A stretch of 64,000 nt of DNA. It comes from Octopus vulgaris (lineage: Eukaryota). The position numbers were made by a program, and so were the translations under genes. The number at the start of each line of letters is the position of its first letter. Positions within the stretch are counted from its first letter, which is position 1. The notes beneath the pieces are model-generated. The model saw only the letters and a list, made by a program, of their open reading frames with translations. It had not been told where the DNA came from and searched no databases. The stretch spans positions 36,456,001 through 36,520,000 of the forward strand of contig OX597822.1 in assembly GCA_951406725.2 (NCBI GenBank). Reading direction: 5' to 3'. Positions 12,519 through 26,184 of the stretch are shown here, piece by piece.

Positions 12519-13378
12519 AAGCTATGTATGTAGCCTGGTGCAGCTATCTAGCTGGTCTGCTTCAGTCAAACTGTCCAACCCATGTCACCATGGAAAACAG
12601 ACATTCAATGATGATGATAAAGATGATACACATATAAGACATAATGCAAAATGTTAGCACTTCTGCTAAACACCAGTTGAAATACTCTCAATATCAAATA
12701 TGTTTGTTCCTTCAAACGAAACATGTATAATGATGATTCATTATAATAATAATTATAGTATTTCAGGAACAATTTTTTTTCAGTTTATATTTCAATAAAG
12801 ACAGTAACTAAGTATTATCATTATTGAGTTCTTAGATTAATCTTCATATTAAATAATTCAAGTTGGATTTTTGATAATGGAAGTATTACATTCTGGCCTT
12901 CCATACTAGTGACTGCTTGAAATGTATATCTGCCAGCTGTGCTGAACATTTAATGTATTAACACTATAATAGAAAAATGCAACATTATTATAGTGTTTCT
13001 AAGTCTTCAATAAACATCTATCAGTTTGGGTAATAAATAAAACTAAATTATTTCTTGTTATATCATTCTGAATATGGTAACACACTTGACTGAAAAAAAA
13101 ATATCTAACATTTAGTTCTCAAATACACTGTGTACCCCTAATACTTAAATTTAAAAATCTAGAGAAAAGAAAAGAAATTTTAAATGAATAAATATAGTAT
13201 AATCTAAGAAAAGTGATGAATGCCATTACATAGCTAAAGGATGAAACTTATTTATACAATATATAAAATAAAAAGCTTTAAATATTTAGACTAAAAGTTA
13301 ACATTGAAATATTAAATGAAAACAGTAGCAAAAAACATTATGACATTTGCAGAAATACAACAATCTTGTTTTACTAAC

Positions 13379-13477
13379 CTCCAGTTGAAATTTGAGGTGG
13401 CTACGCATTGATTCAAAGAGGAGGAAGCAAGTTCTAATAGTGGCAGTGAAGAGAGATAATCGTTCTGACTGCAGCAG
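13379..13477 (-). CDS. GBF1: GBF1 exon, HUS domain
   Basis: cag|...|gttagt, 99 nt, phase 0->0; LLQSERLSLFTATIRTCFLLFESMRSHLKFQLE. Confidence 0.95.
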
Positions 13478-14544
13478 CTGAAGTGATGAAAAAAAGGTGG
13501 GAAAAACATAAGGACAACATAAAATAATAGAAAATGGAAAGCATGGCTGTTTTGTTATGGAGTTTATTTGCAATCATGTCATATTAGGTCCAATCTAAAT
13601 GCACAGCATCATGGGCAAGTCTCTTTAACCACAGTCTTGGATCAACCTAAACCTTGTAAGATAAACTGTGTAGATGGAAATTGTTCGAAAGCCTGTCTAA
13701 TATACTCTACCAGTTCTGCAGCAGTAGGTTGAATCTTTTATTCCATTTAACACAACCTGGTGTTAAATTCATTCAGTATAGATCTCTAGTCTGAAGATAA
13801 CCTTTGAGAAGGAGGAGTTTCTTCCCTGCCCCACACACATCAATATCAAAAACTCTGCGAAAGGCTATTTGCACTGCCTTTCATTATGGCCAAACCATAA
13901 AAATATAAATAAAATATAATCTACCAAATTTGCTAAGAAGTTTAACCAAAGTGTCGTCTGAAAATTTTTGAAGTTATTTCAATGTATTAATTCTGGTGTC
14001 CCAGATCAAACATGTTCTTCATGGCACAATAGCCCGATTAGAACAACTCCAACAAATTTGATGTCCATCAACTAACAAGACAAATAATGCTAAAGATGAA
14101 CCAGAGAAGTCTTGAATAACTTTGAGCATTTAAAGTTGAAGATGGTGCATAAATTTGGGCCACAAATATGATAATTAAAATGGCCTAAGGAAACAAGATT
14201 TAAGAAAATATAGTAGCTTCAGGTGAATCTATTTCTCCATAATTGAACTGATAACCATTACAATATTACCAAACTAATAGGTCACTGTTAAGATACTTTT
14301 GATTGAATTATATTTAATAATCTATTTTCATTAAGCATATAAAACTAATGAGGTCACCCACAGAAGCTACTACCTCCGGTCACTCAACCTGCTAGAAATA
14401 ACAGTGAAACTACCATCAAATCACACCCTGTCATCTTAAAAAGGAAGTGCACATTGCACACTGTAGCCCAAATTACACTACGCCTTAAGAACAAAATACA
14501 GCTTAGTCACAGTTTAAATATGCTTGGACACAGGTCTTTCCTGG

Positions 14545-15025
14545 GCCCAATGGCATGTAAAAAGCACTATTCGAGCATGGCTGATGCCAGTGCCATCTGA
14601 CTGGCATCTGTGCTGCTGGCACATAAAAAAGCACCATTCGAGTGTGGCCAATGCCAGTGCTGCCTGACTGGCACCTGTGCTAGTGGCACATAAAAAGCAC
14701 CATTCAAGTGTGGCCAAAGCCAGTGCCACCTGACTAGCACCCATGCCAGTGGCATGTAAAAAGCACCATTTGGGCATGGCTGATGCCAGTGCTATCTGAC
14801 TAGCATGTAAAAAGCACCATTTGAGCATGGCCAATGTCAGTGTCGCCTGATTGGCACCCATGCCAGAGGCACATAAAAAGCACCCATTACACTCTCGGAG
14901 TGGTTGGCATTAAGTAGGACATCCAGCTGTAGAAACCTTGCCAAATCAGATTGGAGCCTGATGCAGCCTCCTGGCTTACCAGTTCTGTCAAACTGTCCAA
15001 CCCATGCCAACATGGAAAGAGGACA
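14545..15025 (+). mobile_element. RTE-type 3' tail with about five 66-bp tandem units
   Basis: AAAGCAC motif recurs at 14564, 14631, 14697, 14763, 14814 and 14880, then the shared tail. Confidence 0.82.
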
Positions 15026-15952
15026 ATTATATTGACTGAGGTGCTTATTTTATTCATCCTAGAAGGAAAGGAACCAAAACCAATCCTGGTGGGATTTGAA
15101 CTTAGAACATAAAAAGGTGTAACAAAATATTACAAAGTATTTTTTGCAGCTCCACCAAATCCATCATCCACCATTGTTAACAATAATTCTTTCTAATTTT
15201 TGGCATAGGGCCAACAGTTTTGAGGAGAAGGGAAAGTTGATTACATCAATCCCAATGCCCAACTGGTACTTATTTTACTGACCCCAATGAGACAAAAGAC
15301 ATAGGCAACCTCAGTAGAATTTGAACTTGGAATATAATGCTGGAAGAAATACCTCTAAGCATTTTGTCCAGCATGTTAATAATTCTGCCAGCTCACTGCC
15401 CTACCTCTCTTAATAATTCTTACTACTATGGTGGTGAGCTGGCAGAAATGTTAGCATGCCAGGCAAAATGCTTAGCGGTATTTCGTCTGTCTTTACGTTC
15501 TGAATTAAAATTCCGCACAGGTCAACTTTGCCTTTTATCCTTTTGAGGTTGATAAATTAAGTACCAGTTTCATACTGGGCTGATATAATCGATTGGCTCC
15601 CTCCCCCAAAATTTCGGGCCTTGTGCCTAGAGTAGAAAAGAATAATTCTTTCTACTATAAGCACAAAGTCTGACATTTTGGAGAAGGGAGCCAGTCGACT
15701 GCTCCAACCCGTGCTCAACAGGTACTTATATCACTGATCCCCTAAAGAATGAATGGCAAAGTCAACCTTGGCAGAATTTGAATGCGGAATGTAAAGATGG
15801 ATGAAATGTTGCTAAGCATTTTCCCCCAGCATGCTTAGGATTCTGCCAGCTCAACACCTTACTACCACTGTTGTTGTTAATAATAACAACAACAATGATG
15901 CTAATAATAATAATAATAATAATGATAATAATAATAATAATAATAATAATAA

Positions 15953-15995
<43 letters not shown>

Positions 15996-16170
15996 TTCTA
16001 GCAATGAGTATGAGTCCTAAAATTTTGTTGGAAGTACAGTTGAATAGATCGAGTAATGGTACTTTATTTCATCAACTCCAGAAAGATATAAAAGGCAAAG
16101 TTGACCTTAGTGGTATTGAACTCAGAATGTTAAGGGCCATAATATTTTGTAAGCATTTTGTCTAACTGAG
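15025..16170. mobile_element. Cluster of five Deu/Nin-domain-type SINEs (family B) in mixed orientation
   Basis: Minus copies at about 15025-15170, 15185-15401, 15644-15860 and 15996-16170; plus copy at 15430-15643; core GCCTTTYATCCTTT..GGTTGATAAATTAAGTACCAG. Confidence 0.8.
15903..15995. repeat. Compound (TAA)n(TAG)n microsatellite
   Basis: Read directly. Confidence 0.95.
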
Positions 16171-16392
16171 TAATAATTTTTCTTTTCTAAATTAATATTT
16201 TAATATATTATTATGGAATGGTCAATAGTAATGGTATCTAAAGAACAGTGCTCTTAAAAGGAACTTACTTTCTGAAATAACTTCTTGTTTTAATTTAAGA
16301 TAAAAAAAAGCTTAACATATTTTCGTTTTTTTTTCCGTAAGAAAAGTTTTGATTTGAACAGTGAAGAGAGAGAGTAAAATTTGTAAACTTAC

Positions 16393-16613
16393 AGTGAACA
16401 AATTGCGGCACATTTCATCTTTGACTAAATACAACAAGGATTTGAATGTCCTGATAGAATCGGCACCAGATTCCAAGGCTACAGTCAGCAAACTAAGACC
16501 CATGTGGATCATAACATCTGTATTATGTCGGTCCCAGTGGTTTATTAATGATACAAGGAACCGAAACAATTCCCTTACACAAGGGAGACCATAAGGTATT
16601 AGCGGATTAGTAC
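16393..16613 (-). CDS. GBF1: GBF1 exon, HUS domain
   Basis: cag|...|gtaagt, 221 nt, phase 1->0; PYGLPCVRELFRFLVSLIN...KDEMCRNLFT. Confidence 0.97.
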
Positions 16614-18644
16614 CTGTGAAAAAGAAAGTTCCATTTGTAGTAAAATAGTAATTATCTAAAAAATAACAATCCCCATCATTAAAGTAAAAAAAGCAATTGA
16701 AAAGAAAAAAGTATTTTATAAAACATTTGTTTGTCAAACTCTAAATGTCAATGGAACAGAAAATAGATATTTAGTTATCTTAGACATCAACATTATTGTT
16801 TAATGTCCAGTTTCCATGCTGGTATGGTTTGGTCAGTTCAACTGGATCTCATGAATCAGAGGATATCATTGAGCTCTAGAGTCTTCATTGACATGGTTTG
16901 CATGGTTGGATGCCCTTCTTAATGCCAATCACTTTACAGTGTACAGGGTACTTTTTATGTGGAACCAGCACTAGTGATGTCACCAAGTTACTCACAAGAC
17001 AAGAACCCTCAACTGAGTAGGGATGTAGTTCAATAAACAAAATCAGTTTGTTCATGACCAGAGATATCCCTGCTGTCTCTACGGCCTGCAGGGATGGTGG
17101 AATGTTAGACAGGAATGTTCATGGCTCTTTCATTCTAAGTAAAACAGCCAGAACCATGTATTAACTTAAACTAAATTTAACTCAAACATACAGACTTAGT
17201 ATGACCAGGTGTCTACCATTTCCCCTACAGCTGTAAATAAACAGCCAATAAAAGATAAGAAAGAGTGAGTGAGTGAGTCTCAGTGTTTCTCTGTTTCCTG
17301 CTTATCTGTATTTTTAGTACAAGACTCTTTCCTGAACAGGGTGCCAGTCCATTGCAGGGTTAACCTGCAGTTATCATTGATGAAACTCATTTCAGATGAG
17401 AGTATTGAAATAATGTGAAATGAAATGCCTTGCTCAAGGATACAATCCTCTACCTGGTCAAAAAAACTTGAGTCCATGAAACACACCACTACATAATATA
17501 CCCTCACTCTAAGTTAATATCACATCTAAACAGTACTTTAAAATCACCATTCATGTTTTCCTGTCAGCAAATCATTCAATAATAGTGAAAATTGATTTTA
17601 GAATTATAAGACCACATTGAAAGTTTGAGGCTAACCCACAGTAAGATTAAGCTCAGCCGTACTGAGAGAATTAATAAAAGAAAGAAAAAGAGAAAGAACA
17701 GAAAAAAGAAATGAGACATAGAGGAGGAAGGAAGGAAAGAAGGAAGACAACAATAATGACCCAGCTGCCTTGCTTCTCACTTTTTCCATACTGCCATAGG
17801 TTGGGCAAGATTTACTGAGGAAATATATTATATGACTGGATGGTTACCCTGTTGCTAACCCTTGTTTTTGTAAGTAAGGTACCATATTTGATGACAACTA
17901 AAACATTTTTCTTTCCAAAAACATGTCTTGAACAAATCACCTTGGGTCTCATATGCAAATTCTGGCCTTCCATAAACCTTATTTAATGCACAAAAAATCC
18001 GTTTTTTCCCACCCGAATCAACACTGCTGAAATTGTGATGCATTTGATAGGCCTGTGCAGCTTTTATGCCATAAAACACAGAATATATATATTTTTTCAT
18101 TTATGTGAAACTGCTGAGCTGCTGAACATATTATTTATAGATGTAACTGAGTTAATTGTTGCTCAAACAGTTTTAAAGTGGAAACGCAAGAAACTAACAC
18201 TAGCACACACATACATATGCATAAACATACACTTTTATACAATTTGCAAATGAAAAGCTATTGGCAAATTTGACAAGGATAGCTATTAAACTGACTACAC
18301 AACAACATTATCATCATCATCATTTAACATCCATTTTCCATACTAGCATAGGCTGGATGGTATAATAGTGTTTGATGTACCATCAAACTGCATCAGCCTC
18401 AATGACAGCTTTTGGATGGGTTCTGTGACCAGATGCCCTTCCTAGCACCAACCAATTTACAGTGTGTACTGGGTGTTGTTTTTCATGTCACTGACATAGG
18501 TGAAGTTGTCAAGTAACTAGCAAGACAGAGTAAAGCAAGAAAAAGGGAAAAGCCCCCTTTATTGAGTGGGCATGTATTTGAGGGGTGGAAGTGGGAGTAA
18601 AGAATAATATATCAGAATGTCAGAAGCCGGGAACTAAAGATTAC

Positions 18645-18834
18645 CCTCTTTTGGATGTTGCTGTGGCATAAATCGGATACCTCTAGGATTGACGAAGTCA
18701 CTGCTATTCACTGCAGGAGATGTTGGTGTTGGTGGTGAAGCAAATTCATTTACTGATGGAATAGAGTCTGCATCATCTCCCGTTTCTGAAGGACAACTTT
18801 GTTCAGAGTTCAGTTCTGTTTCACTAATAGATTT
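18645..18834 (-). CDS. GBF1: GBF1 exon, linker to start of HUS region
   Basis: cag|...|gtaatc, 190 nt, phase 0->1; contains conserved DFVNPRGIRF (human DYVNPRGVRF). Confidence 0.93.
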
Positions 18835-19109
18835 CTGAGAATACAAAAGAAAAAAAACAGAAAAATTAACTAAGAAAAAAATCATGAAATGAAATCTAAA
18901 TATTTTTTTTTTTCGATGTTTTGAAACTCAAACATATTTGTTTGGCTTCAGCTTATTTTATAAGAATAAGTACTTCTAATTATAACTTTAATATGTTATG
19001 GGTGTGACAAACTGGATGAACAGGTATCAATAGGATAATAACCATGGTAGAAGTAGGCAAAGGAAGATTTAAAAGGGAGTCATTGAATCAGCTCTGAAGA
19101 TTTTAAGCT

Positions 19110-19130
19110 TCTCTCTCACTCACTCACTCA

Positions 19131-19210
<80 letters not shown>

Positions 19211-19218
19211 TACACACA
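19110..19218. repeat. (CTCA)n(CT)n(CA)n microsatellite
   Basis: Read directly. Confidence 0.95.
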
Positions 19219-19811
19219 GTGATGCAGGATTACTGAAATGATGACTCATAAATTCAAGATTTATAAATGTCTAGATATAGGCAACCCTGCATTACAGAAG
19301 TTTGCATTCTTGAAAATTTTGCTGAATGTGGAATTCCATAAGTAAAGAATTTTTTTTCTTTTATTCTACTAGTTTTGGGACATACAGAACAAACAGGGTG
19401 TATTGTCAAGACGGAATGTAAACATCACATCACTGTTTTGCAGAGGCAGTGAAAAGTGAAGACATAGGTATCAACATTCACGCATGTGCATGTGTATACA
19501 CACATGGTGCACTACCACATCCACTCACAAAGCATTAGTTGATCTGAGGCAATAGTTAAGATGTTTGCACAGGGTGTCACACAATCAGACACAACTTGAA
19601 ACTACACAGTTATGAAGTAAACTCAGTATTCACTCAGCTATGCTGGCACCTAGAGCCTAACTGCTACAGGTACAATTAAAATTTGTGCAGATGTAAGGAT
19701 GAGAGTGAATGCAGGTATAAGTATATGATATGATTGACAAATGCTGTGCACCGTCAGCAAATGGGGCTGGACATAGAGTAAGACATGGCAAGAAATGGTG
19801 AGGAGTTAGGT

Positions 19812-20168
19812 GCAGGTATGACTGTGTGGTAAAACGTTTGGTTTGTAGTCACATGGCTTTGGGTTCAGTCCTACTGCACAGCACTCTAGGCAAGTGTCTT
19901 CTATTATAGCCCTGGGCTGACCAAAGCCTTATTAGTGGATTTTCTAGAAAGAAACTAAAAGAAACTTGTCATGTATGTGTGTATGTTTGTTCCCCATCAC
20001 CACTTGCCAACTGGTGATGGTTTGTTTATGCTTCCCTGAATCAATATTTCAGTAAAACAGACCAACAGAATAAGTAGCAGACTTAAAAGATAAGTACTGG
20101 GATTGATTTGTTTAAAAGCAGTGATCCAGAATGGTCACAGTCCAAAGACTGAAACAAAAGAGAAAAGA
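19812..20168 (+). mobile_element. Family-A SINE, diverged
   Basis: Colinear with 10442-10829. Confidence 0.8.
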
Positions 20169-20523
20169 CACAGGATGTGTGCATGAACACATGTATATAT
20201 GTAAATGCCATTCCACATGTCCTCATTAACACTGACTGATTGTAAGCAGTTCTACAGTTTCAACTTTCTAACGTTGAGGACCAATCAAATGAAAAAAGAA
20301 AAAAACCTTATTTAGAAAACAACTGAGGATGAGCAACAAGAAGATGTCTAGCTGAAGAAATCTTACCTCAACAAATTTCATCTAACCCATGCATACATGG
20401 GAAAATAGATGTGAAACTGAACAAAACTGATGATGATAATAATAAAAGATAACAATACAAAAAAATGCAACTAAAGATAAATATATATTTTTAAAAAAAC
20501 TGTTAAAAGTGCAAAGAACTTAC

Positions 20524-20703
20524 ATGGACATTTGTTGGCCTTGAAACATTTAAACGTTCTTGGCTTGATGATATAGAATTACATACTTCTTGTTCAGGTT
20601 CTCTGGAATCATCTTTATCTAAAGATACTTCTTCTTCAGTTTCTAGTTGTTTTTCTTCTGATATAGTATATCTTGCGTCAAAGCTTTCTTTATCAGATGC
20701 TTC
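20524..20703 (-). CDS. GBF1: GBF1 exon, acidic linker (symmetric, skippable)
   Basis: gtcttcgtgtttttgaatctag|...|gtaagt, 180 nt open, phase 0->0; EASDKESFDARY...RPTNVH; no recognisable homology. Confidence 0.75.
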
Positions 20704-21099
20704 CTAGATTCAAAAACACGAAGACAGTGCCTTTCAAAACATGGTCAAAGAGATCCTCACAAAGCACAAAATGAAGACAGTGTCTACGCAAATGTTAACT
20801 TCTAATTGATATCATCATTGATAAAATACTGTAAATACTTAGTAAATGCAACGCATAAAAAAATCATATATGTTAAGACTTCTAGGTATGTGGTATTTTG
20901 TAATGCAACCATAATATATTATAAAGTATATTAAACGTTTTTATAAGCTAATACCATGTTTTACTGCATTAGCAGTGTGCTTTTACATAATCTAAAGTTA
21001 TCTCTACAGATATTCAATAGAAATTATAGCCAGCACTGATTTTTGTCACTATGTTTTGTATAGGAGACATCAGATATAAACAAACAATGAGATCAAAGA

Positions 21100-21825
21100 T
21101 GAAAAATGGGTAATGGATGCATATGGGTAAATATGGGGTGCCGGTGTTTCTCCTTTCCCTACCCACTGTCTTCGGAACTTGACATTTCTATAGAGAACCC
21201 TTTTCTCGTCACCAGTCACTCTTCAATCCCAAAAAAAAAGGTTCATTTTTGAGACGTGACATCAAAGAAGAGCACACACTCACTCTCTGCATGTGATTAG
21301 ACTTGGAAAATTTGTGATGAACCTATTGACCCAATTTGCTGACTTTTCTGATGGCATGCAGGTGTTGATGAATGGTTGAACGACCAAATCCAAGTATCTC
21401 TGCTAGTTCTTCAACAGTTACGATGGGATTTTGTTCCACCAGGGTTTGCAGGATGTTCTCGTCAAGCTCTACAGATCTTCCAGAGCAAGGCTTGTCTTCT
21501 AGGCTGTAGTTTCTGGCTCAGAATTTCTGGAACCGCCGTTGACATTGGCTTATGCTTATTGTCTGATCCCTATAAACTGCATTAATATTCCTCACACTTT
21601 CTGTTACGTTGTTGCCTTTATTGATCTCACAAAGCAAAATATGCTGACTATGCTCCTTTGTCACTTCCATTATGGCTTTGAAAAATTAACTGTTTAAATC
21701 AAACTGCACTCTTCAAAACTTGCACTAAGAATAAGTGAAAATACCTGCTTTTATAATAAGTTGATGCAGGTAGTTTTAGTTCATGCAATTGAAAAAAACC
21801 AACATTATTTATGGGATGACCCAAT
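21100..21825 (-). mobile_element. Mariner (Mos1/SETMAR-like) transposon 5' remnant, disrupted
   Basis: Minus-strand translation ..ARNYSLEDKPCSGRSVELDENILQTLVEQNPIVTVEELAEILG..KLGQ*VHH.. and RVTGDEK; TA-TTGGGTCATCCCATAA terminus near 21825. Confidence 0.85.
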
Positions 21826-22118
21826 ATATATACACACACACACACAAGCTGGCCCTGTGCCATAAAAAATGACAGCTAATTGTAGTATTTTATATATAAA
21901 AAGGTAAAAAAATCTAACAGTGCTTCAATTCTGTGTGCATATGTATACATTTATATGTATGAGGAGCACAGTTTTTAGTGAACCCAGTTTTCTATACTTT
22001 ATCACAGCTCATTTCCTTCCTATTTAAGTGTGTCTGTTTATATATATATATATATGTATGTGTAAATGCATGTGTCTGTAATTCTATTTTCTATGTATCT
22101 TTCTAAATAAACATACAC

Positions 22119-22482
22119 GTGTGGCTGTGTGGTAAGTAGCTTTCTTACCAACCACATGGTTTCAGGTTCAGTCCCACTGTATTGCACCTTGGGCAAGTGT
22201 CTGACCAAAGCCTTGTGAATGGATTTGGTAGACAGAAACTGAAAAAAGCCCATTGTGTGTGTGTATATATATATGTATGTTTATGCATCTGTGTTTGTCA
22301 TCCCAACATTGCTTGACAATTGATGCTGGTGTGTTTACGTTCCCGTAACCTAGCGGTTCGGCAAAAGAGACCGATAGAATAAGTACTAGGCTTACAAAGA
22401 TTAAGTCCTGGGGTCGATTTGTTCGACTAAAGGCAGTGCTCCAGCATGACCGCAGTCAAATGACTGAAACAAATAAAAGAAT
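22119..22482 (+). mobile_element. Family-A SINE, young
   Basis: Closely similar to 10442-10829 with a small internal deletion. Confidence 0.9.
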
Positions 22483-22924
22483 AAACACATATACAGTCAC
22501 TAAAATATATAAATATATTTTACACAAACACACATACAAACATACATTCACATTCCTCCCATTTACATGCACACACATATACTCAAACAAAGTTGTAGCG
22601 CTGATTGATTTTTGTTTCACTGTTCACTTTTCACCCTCCCACTTCCATTGGGGGATTATTCCTTCCTTTCTCATTCATATGTTGTGACGGAGAAATACGC
22701 AAGAGTATTATTATAGTAGAAGACACACAACGCTCTCTTTGCCACTTCCTCTCTCTCTCATTGCTATTACTTTATCTCACTCCCTCTCAGTCACGGCTAT
22801 TACTCTCACTACTTCTCCTTCACTGAATTGCTATTTTCTCTCCTCTTCCTTCACCATTCAATCCTACTGCGTGATTTTGGACAAATATATTTATATGCAA
22901 ATATATAAAAACACTACGCTCATC

Positions 22925-22958
<34 letters not shown>

Positions 22959-23432
22959 ATAAACATACAGATACACAGACTTTTCACTGCTGGTTTATAG
23001 ATAGCTCTTTTAGTTGTCTAGTCCTAGGTCTTCCCTGAAGAGACATTAAAGAGGTTTGATATGTCATCTTGTCAAAGATGTAATAATTATATTTTTTTTA
23101 AAAAAGGAGATTGGGAGAATATATTATGAGCATCTAAAGATAATTACTCAAAAGAATTATTATTATTATTAGTGCTATTGGTATTAGTATAAGAAGCAGA
23201 AGCAGCAATCAGCAAACTCCATGCAATATTGATGATAAAATAGCAACATTCTGTTATTTTACTGCTTTCAGTCATTGCATACTGGCCATGCTGGAGATTT
23301 TAGTCACCATTTTATCATCAACATTATCATTAATTAACATCTGACTTCCATGCTACCATATGTTGAACAGGATCTGACAAGCCAGATAACTGTTTTGGCA
23401 TGGTTTCTATAGCTGGATACCCTACCTAAAAA

Positions 23433-23469
<37 letters not shown>

Positions 23470-23502
23470 TCATCATTTAACATTTGCCTTCCATGCTGGC
23501 AT

Positions 23503-23534
<32 letters not shown>

Positions 23535-23816
23535 CAGAGAGAGAGCCACTTGCATATCACATTTAACGTATTTACACCACTGACAGGCATATTGTTGTGG
23601 TCTTTGTCTCTGAGAGAAAATCTCTTCATAGACATGTGTTAAAAACAAAATATATGTCAGAGTAAGACATAAATTATCCATGGGAACATTAAATGCATTT
23701 CAGCTTACTCAAGCCTTATCAATAACATGTACTCACTAGTCTCTCCCTTTCTTTCTCTCTTTCCCCCCTTACACACACGCATCATCCTTTATCTTTTAAT
23801 ATACTTCTTCTGTGTT

Positions 23817-23991
23817 AAGGCAGCAAGCTGGCAGAAACGTTACGTTCTGAGTTCAAATTCCACTGAGGTTGACTTTGCCTTTCATCCTTTTGGGAGTCAA
23901 TAAATTAAGTACCAGTTGCGTACTGGAGTCCATCTAATCAACTGGCTCCCTCCTCAAAAATTTCGGGCCTTGTGCCTAGAGTAGAAAAGAA
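23817..23991 (+). mobile_element. Family-B (Deu/Nin-type) SINE
   Basis: Colinear with 15430-15643 with an internal deletion in the head. Confidence 0.85.
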
Positions 23992-25243
23992 TATCCTTCT
24001 TCAGTACTGGCATGAGTTGGATGGGTTGATAGAATCCAGCAAGGGTTGTACCCTGCTCTAATGTCTGCTTTGGCATGTATTTTATGGCTAGATACCCTTC
24101 CTAATACTTTTCAATGCAATGGGTACTTTCTTTTTCCTACTACCTAGGTGGAGGTAGCAAGAGTGTATGGAGAGTGAGGGATGATTAGAGATGGGGTAGG
24201 AGTGTAAATATAGGGAATGATGAACATGGATTGAGGCGGTGGTGGGGAAGAGGTTGTCAATGGTAAATATGAGTGTGATGGAAAGTAGAAAAGAGTAGAT
24301 AATGGCTAGAAAATGGGAAACGTGTGTGTTTGTGGTGTATGCGCATGGGTGTATTATATCATCATCGATTAACATTCATTTTCCTTTCTGGCAGGGTTGG
24401 ACAGTTTGACAGGAGCTAAGAAGGCCAGGAGCTGCAGTAGGCTCCATTGTTTTAGTATGGTTTCTGTGGCTGGATGCCCTTCTTAATGCCAACCACTTTA
24501 TAGAGCATACTGGGTGCCTTTCACATGGCACCAATACCAGTGCATTTTATGTAGCACATACCCTTTTAGCTGTTCCAGTCTGTCAACTGAATTGTCCCCA
24601 TTGTACGTGATGGGATTTTACACAATTTCCACTTACATAATATTGGTCAACCCAGTGCCACAGTAGAAGACACTTGCTCACATTGTTATTTAGTAAACTT
24701 CTTAACCACACAGCCATGCTTGCAGTCAATGTTGAATAAAACAATTAGATCGAAGGGATAATACATGACTCATCAGAGAATACAACAAAATTAATGACAA
24801 AGTAAATGATAATTAAAAAAAATAACCAATTGATAATTGCTAATTAATAATGAAAAAAGAAAAAAAAACGAGTGAGATGCAAGCTAGTCAGGATCCAGAA
24901 ATTATATGAACTCCATATGAACTGAAGTCGCATAGTTAAGGACTTTGATATATAAACGAGAGGTTAGTTTTGCAAATAAAAATTCAAATGATCAAAACTG
25001 AAAATTCCCAAAACAAAGAAAAATTATTAGAGAAACAAAAATAAAATGTCCAAAAGAAAAATCTTCCCCACAAGCAGATAATACCAAGAGTAACAAAAAA
25101 AACAAAAATTAAAATGGGATCAATTTCGAAGCAAGACAATAAAAATAAGTTAAATTGAAAAAGAGTGAGTGTATGTTTTTAGAATGGGTGTATCAGGGAA
25201 AGTGTTTTTAATATTTGTTTTTTAATGCAATTCTCATAGTTAC

Positions 25244-25261
25244 CTCCAGCTCAGAATCTTG
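25244..25261 (-). CDS. GBF1: Candidate 18-nt GBF1 microexon (QDSELE)
   Basis: tgcttttttacag|CAAGATTCTGAGCTGGAG|gtaact; symmetric phase 0 inside a phase-0 intron; no transcript data. Confidence 0.55.
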
Positions 25262-26184
25262 CTGTAAAAAAGCATGGAATTGTAAAAAAATATGAAATAT
25301 TCCTTCTTGACTAAATTCGATGGAAATATGTATAGTTGCAATTGTCACTAGGCTAATAACAGAAAGATATTCAGCATGATGTTGAGAAAACAATGTCTTA
25401 AATCAAAAGAAATAACACACATTCAACTTGCTAATTAGAACCATATTAAAAATGATGATGTGTATTAAATTATCTGAATCTTCAAACTAATTCTCTCTCT
25501 CTCTCTCCCTCCATCACCATGATGTGCACAGCAAAGGCAATAAACTGCTACAATATTTTCAGTCTCTATATTTTGTTAAAAACTGATACAAATTATTTAA
25601 TTAGCTGAATACTGAGTAGAAATGTGCATCATAAATTTTAAATGTCCATGTATATTGCATAAATTGTAGATAGTTATTTATATACTTCTTTTAGACTATT
25701 TCACCCGACACCTCATCTAACAGGTTGAGTGAGCTATAATTTAGAGTAATTATGTAAATTAGTGAAGTATTTTGAGCAAAAACAAAACAAAAAAGAGCAT
25801 GTTTTCCCAAACATAAAGAAAAAAAAGAAGAGTAAAATTATATTTTAGGTTTGATATCTTTTGTTTTTTTTGCTTTTGCAAATTTTTATGTAGCCTAACT
25901 TGAACCAACTTAATTTCATGAAAGCAACACTCCAGAATCTATCAAAGTTTCTAGATTAAATAAGCAAAATTATTTCTTTTGACTATGCTAATTTTTAATG
26001 GAATGTCAATATTTGAATTGATTTCAATATATGACTGGTATTTATTTTACTTGATTAACCTTGAAGTAAATTAAGCTCAGATGAATGAGATTACACACTG
26101 CAAATCATTTAATCCAGTGCTCTGCCATTTTGGCCAAAGTTTCACTCCTGCTTTATCTGATATTTCACTTGATTCAGTCAGAGC

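Noticed and set aside
13925-14215. Coding-looking stretch in an intron
   Set aside because: No sustained frame, splice pair or recognisable motif; at most an unidentifiable TE relic.
14545-14885. CRISPR-like regularly spaced repeats (also 53281-53530, 58158-58410 and 43122-43684)
   Set aside because: The intervening sequences are homologous to each other rather than unique spacers, no cas genes are present, and the context is a eukaryotic intron.
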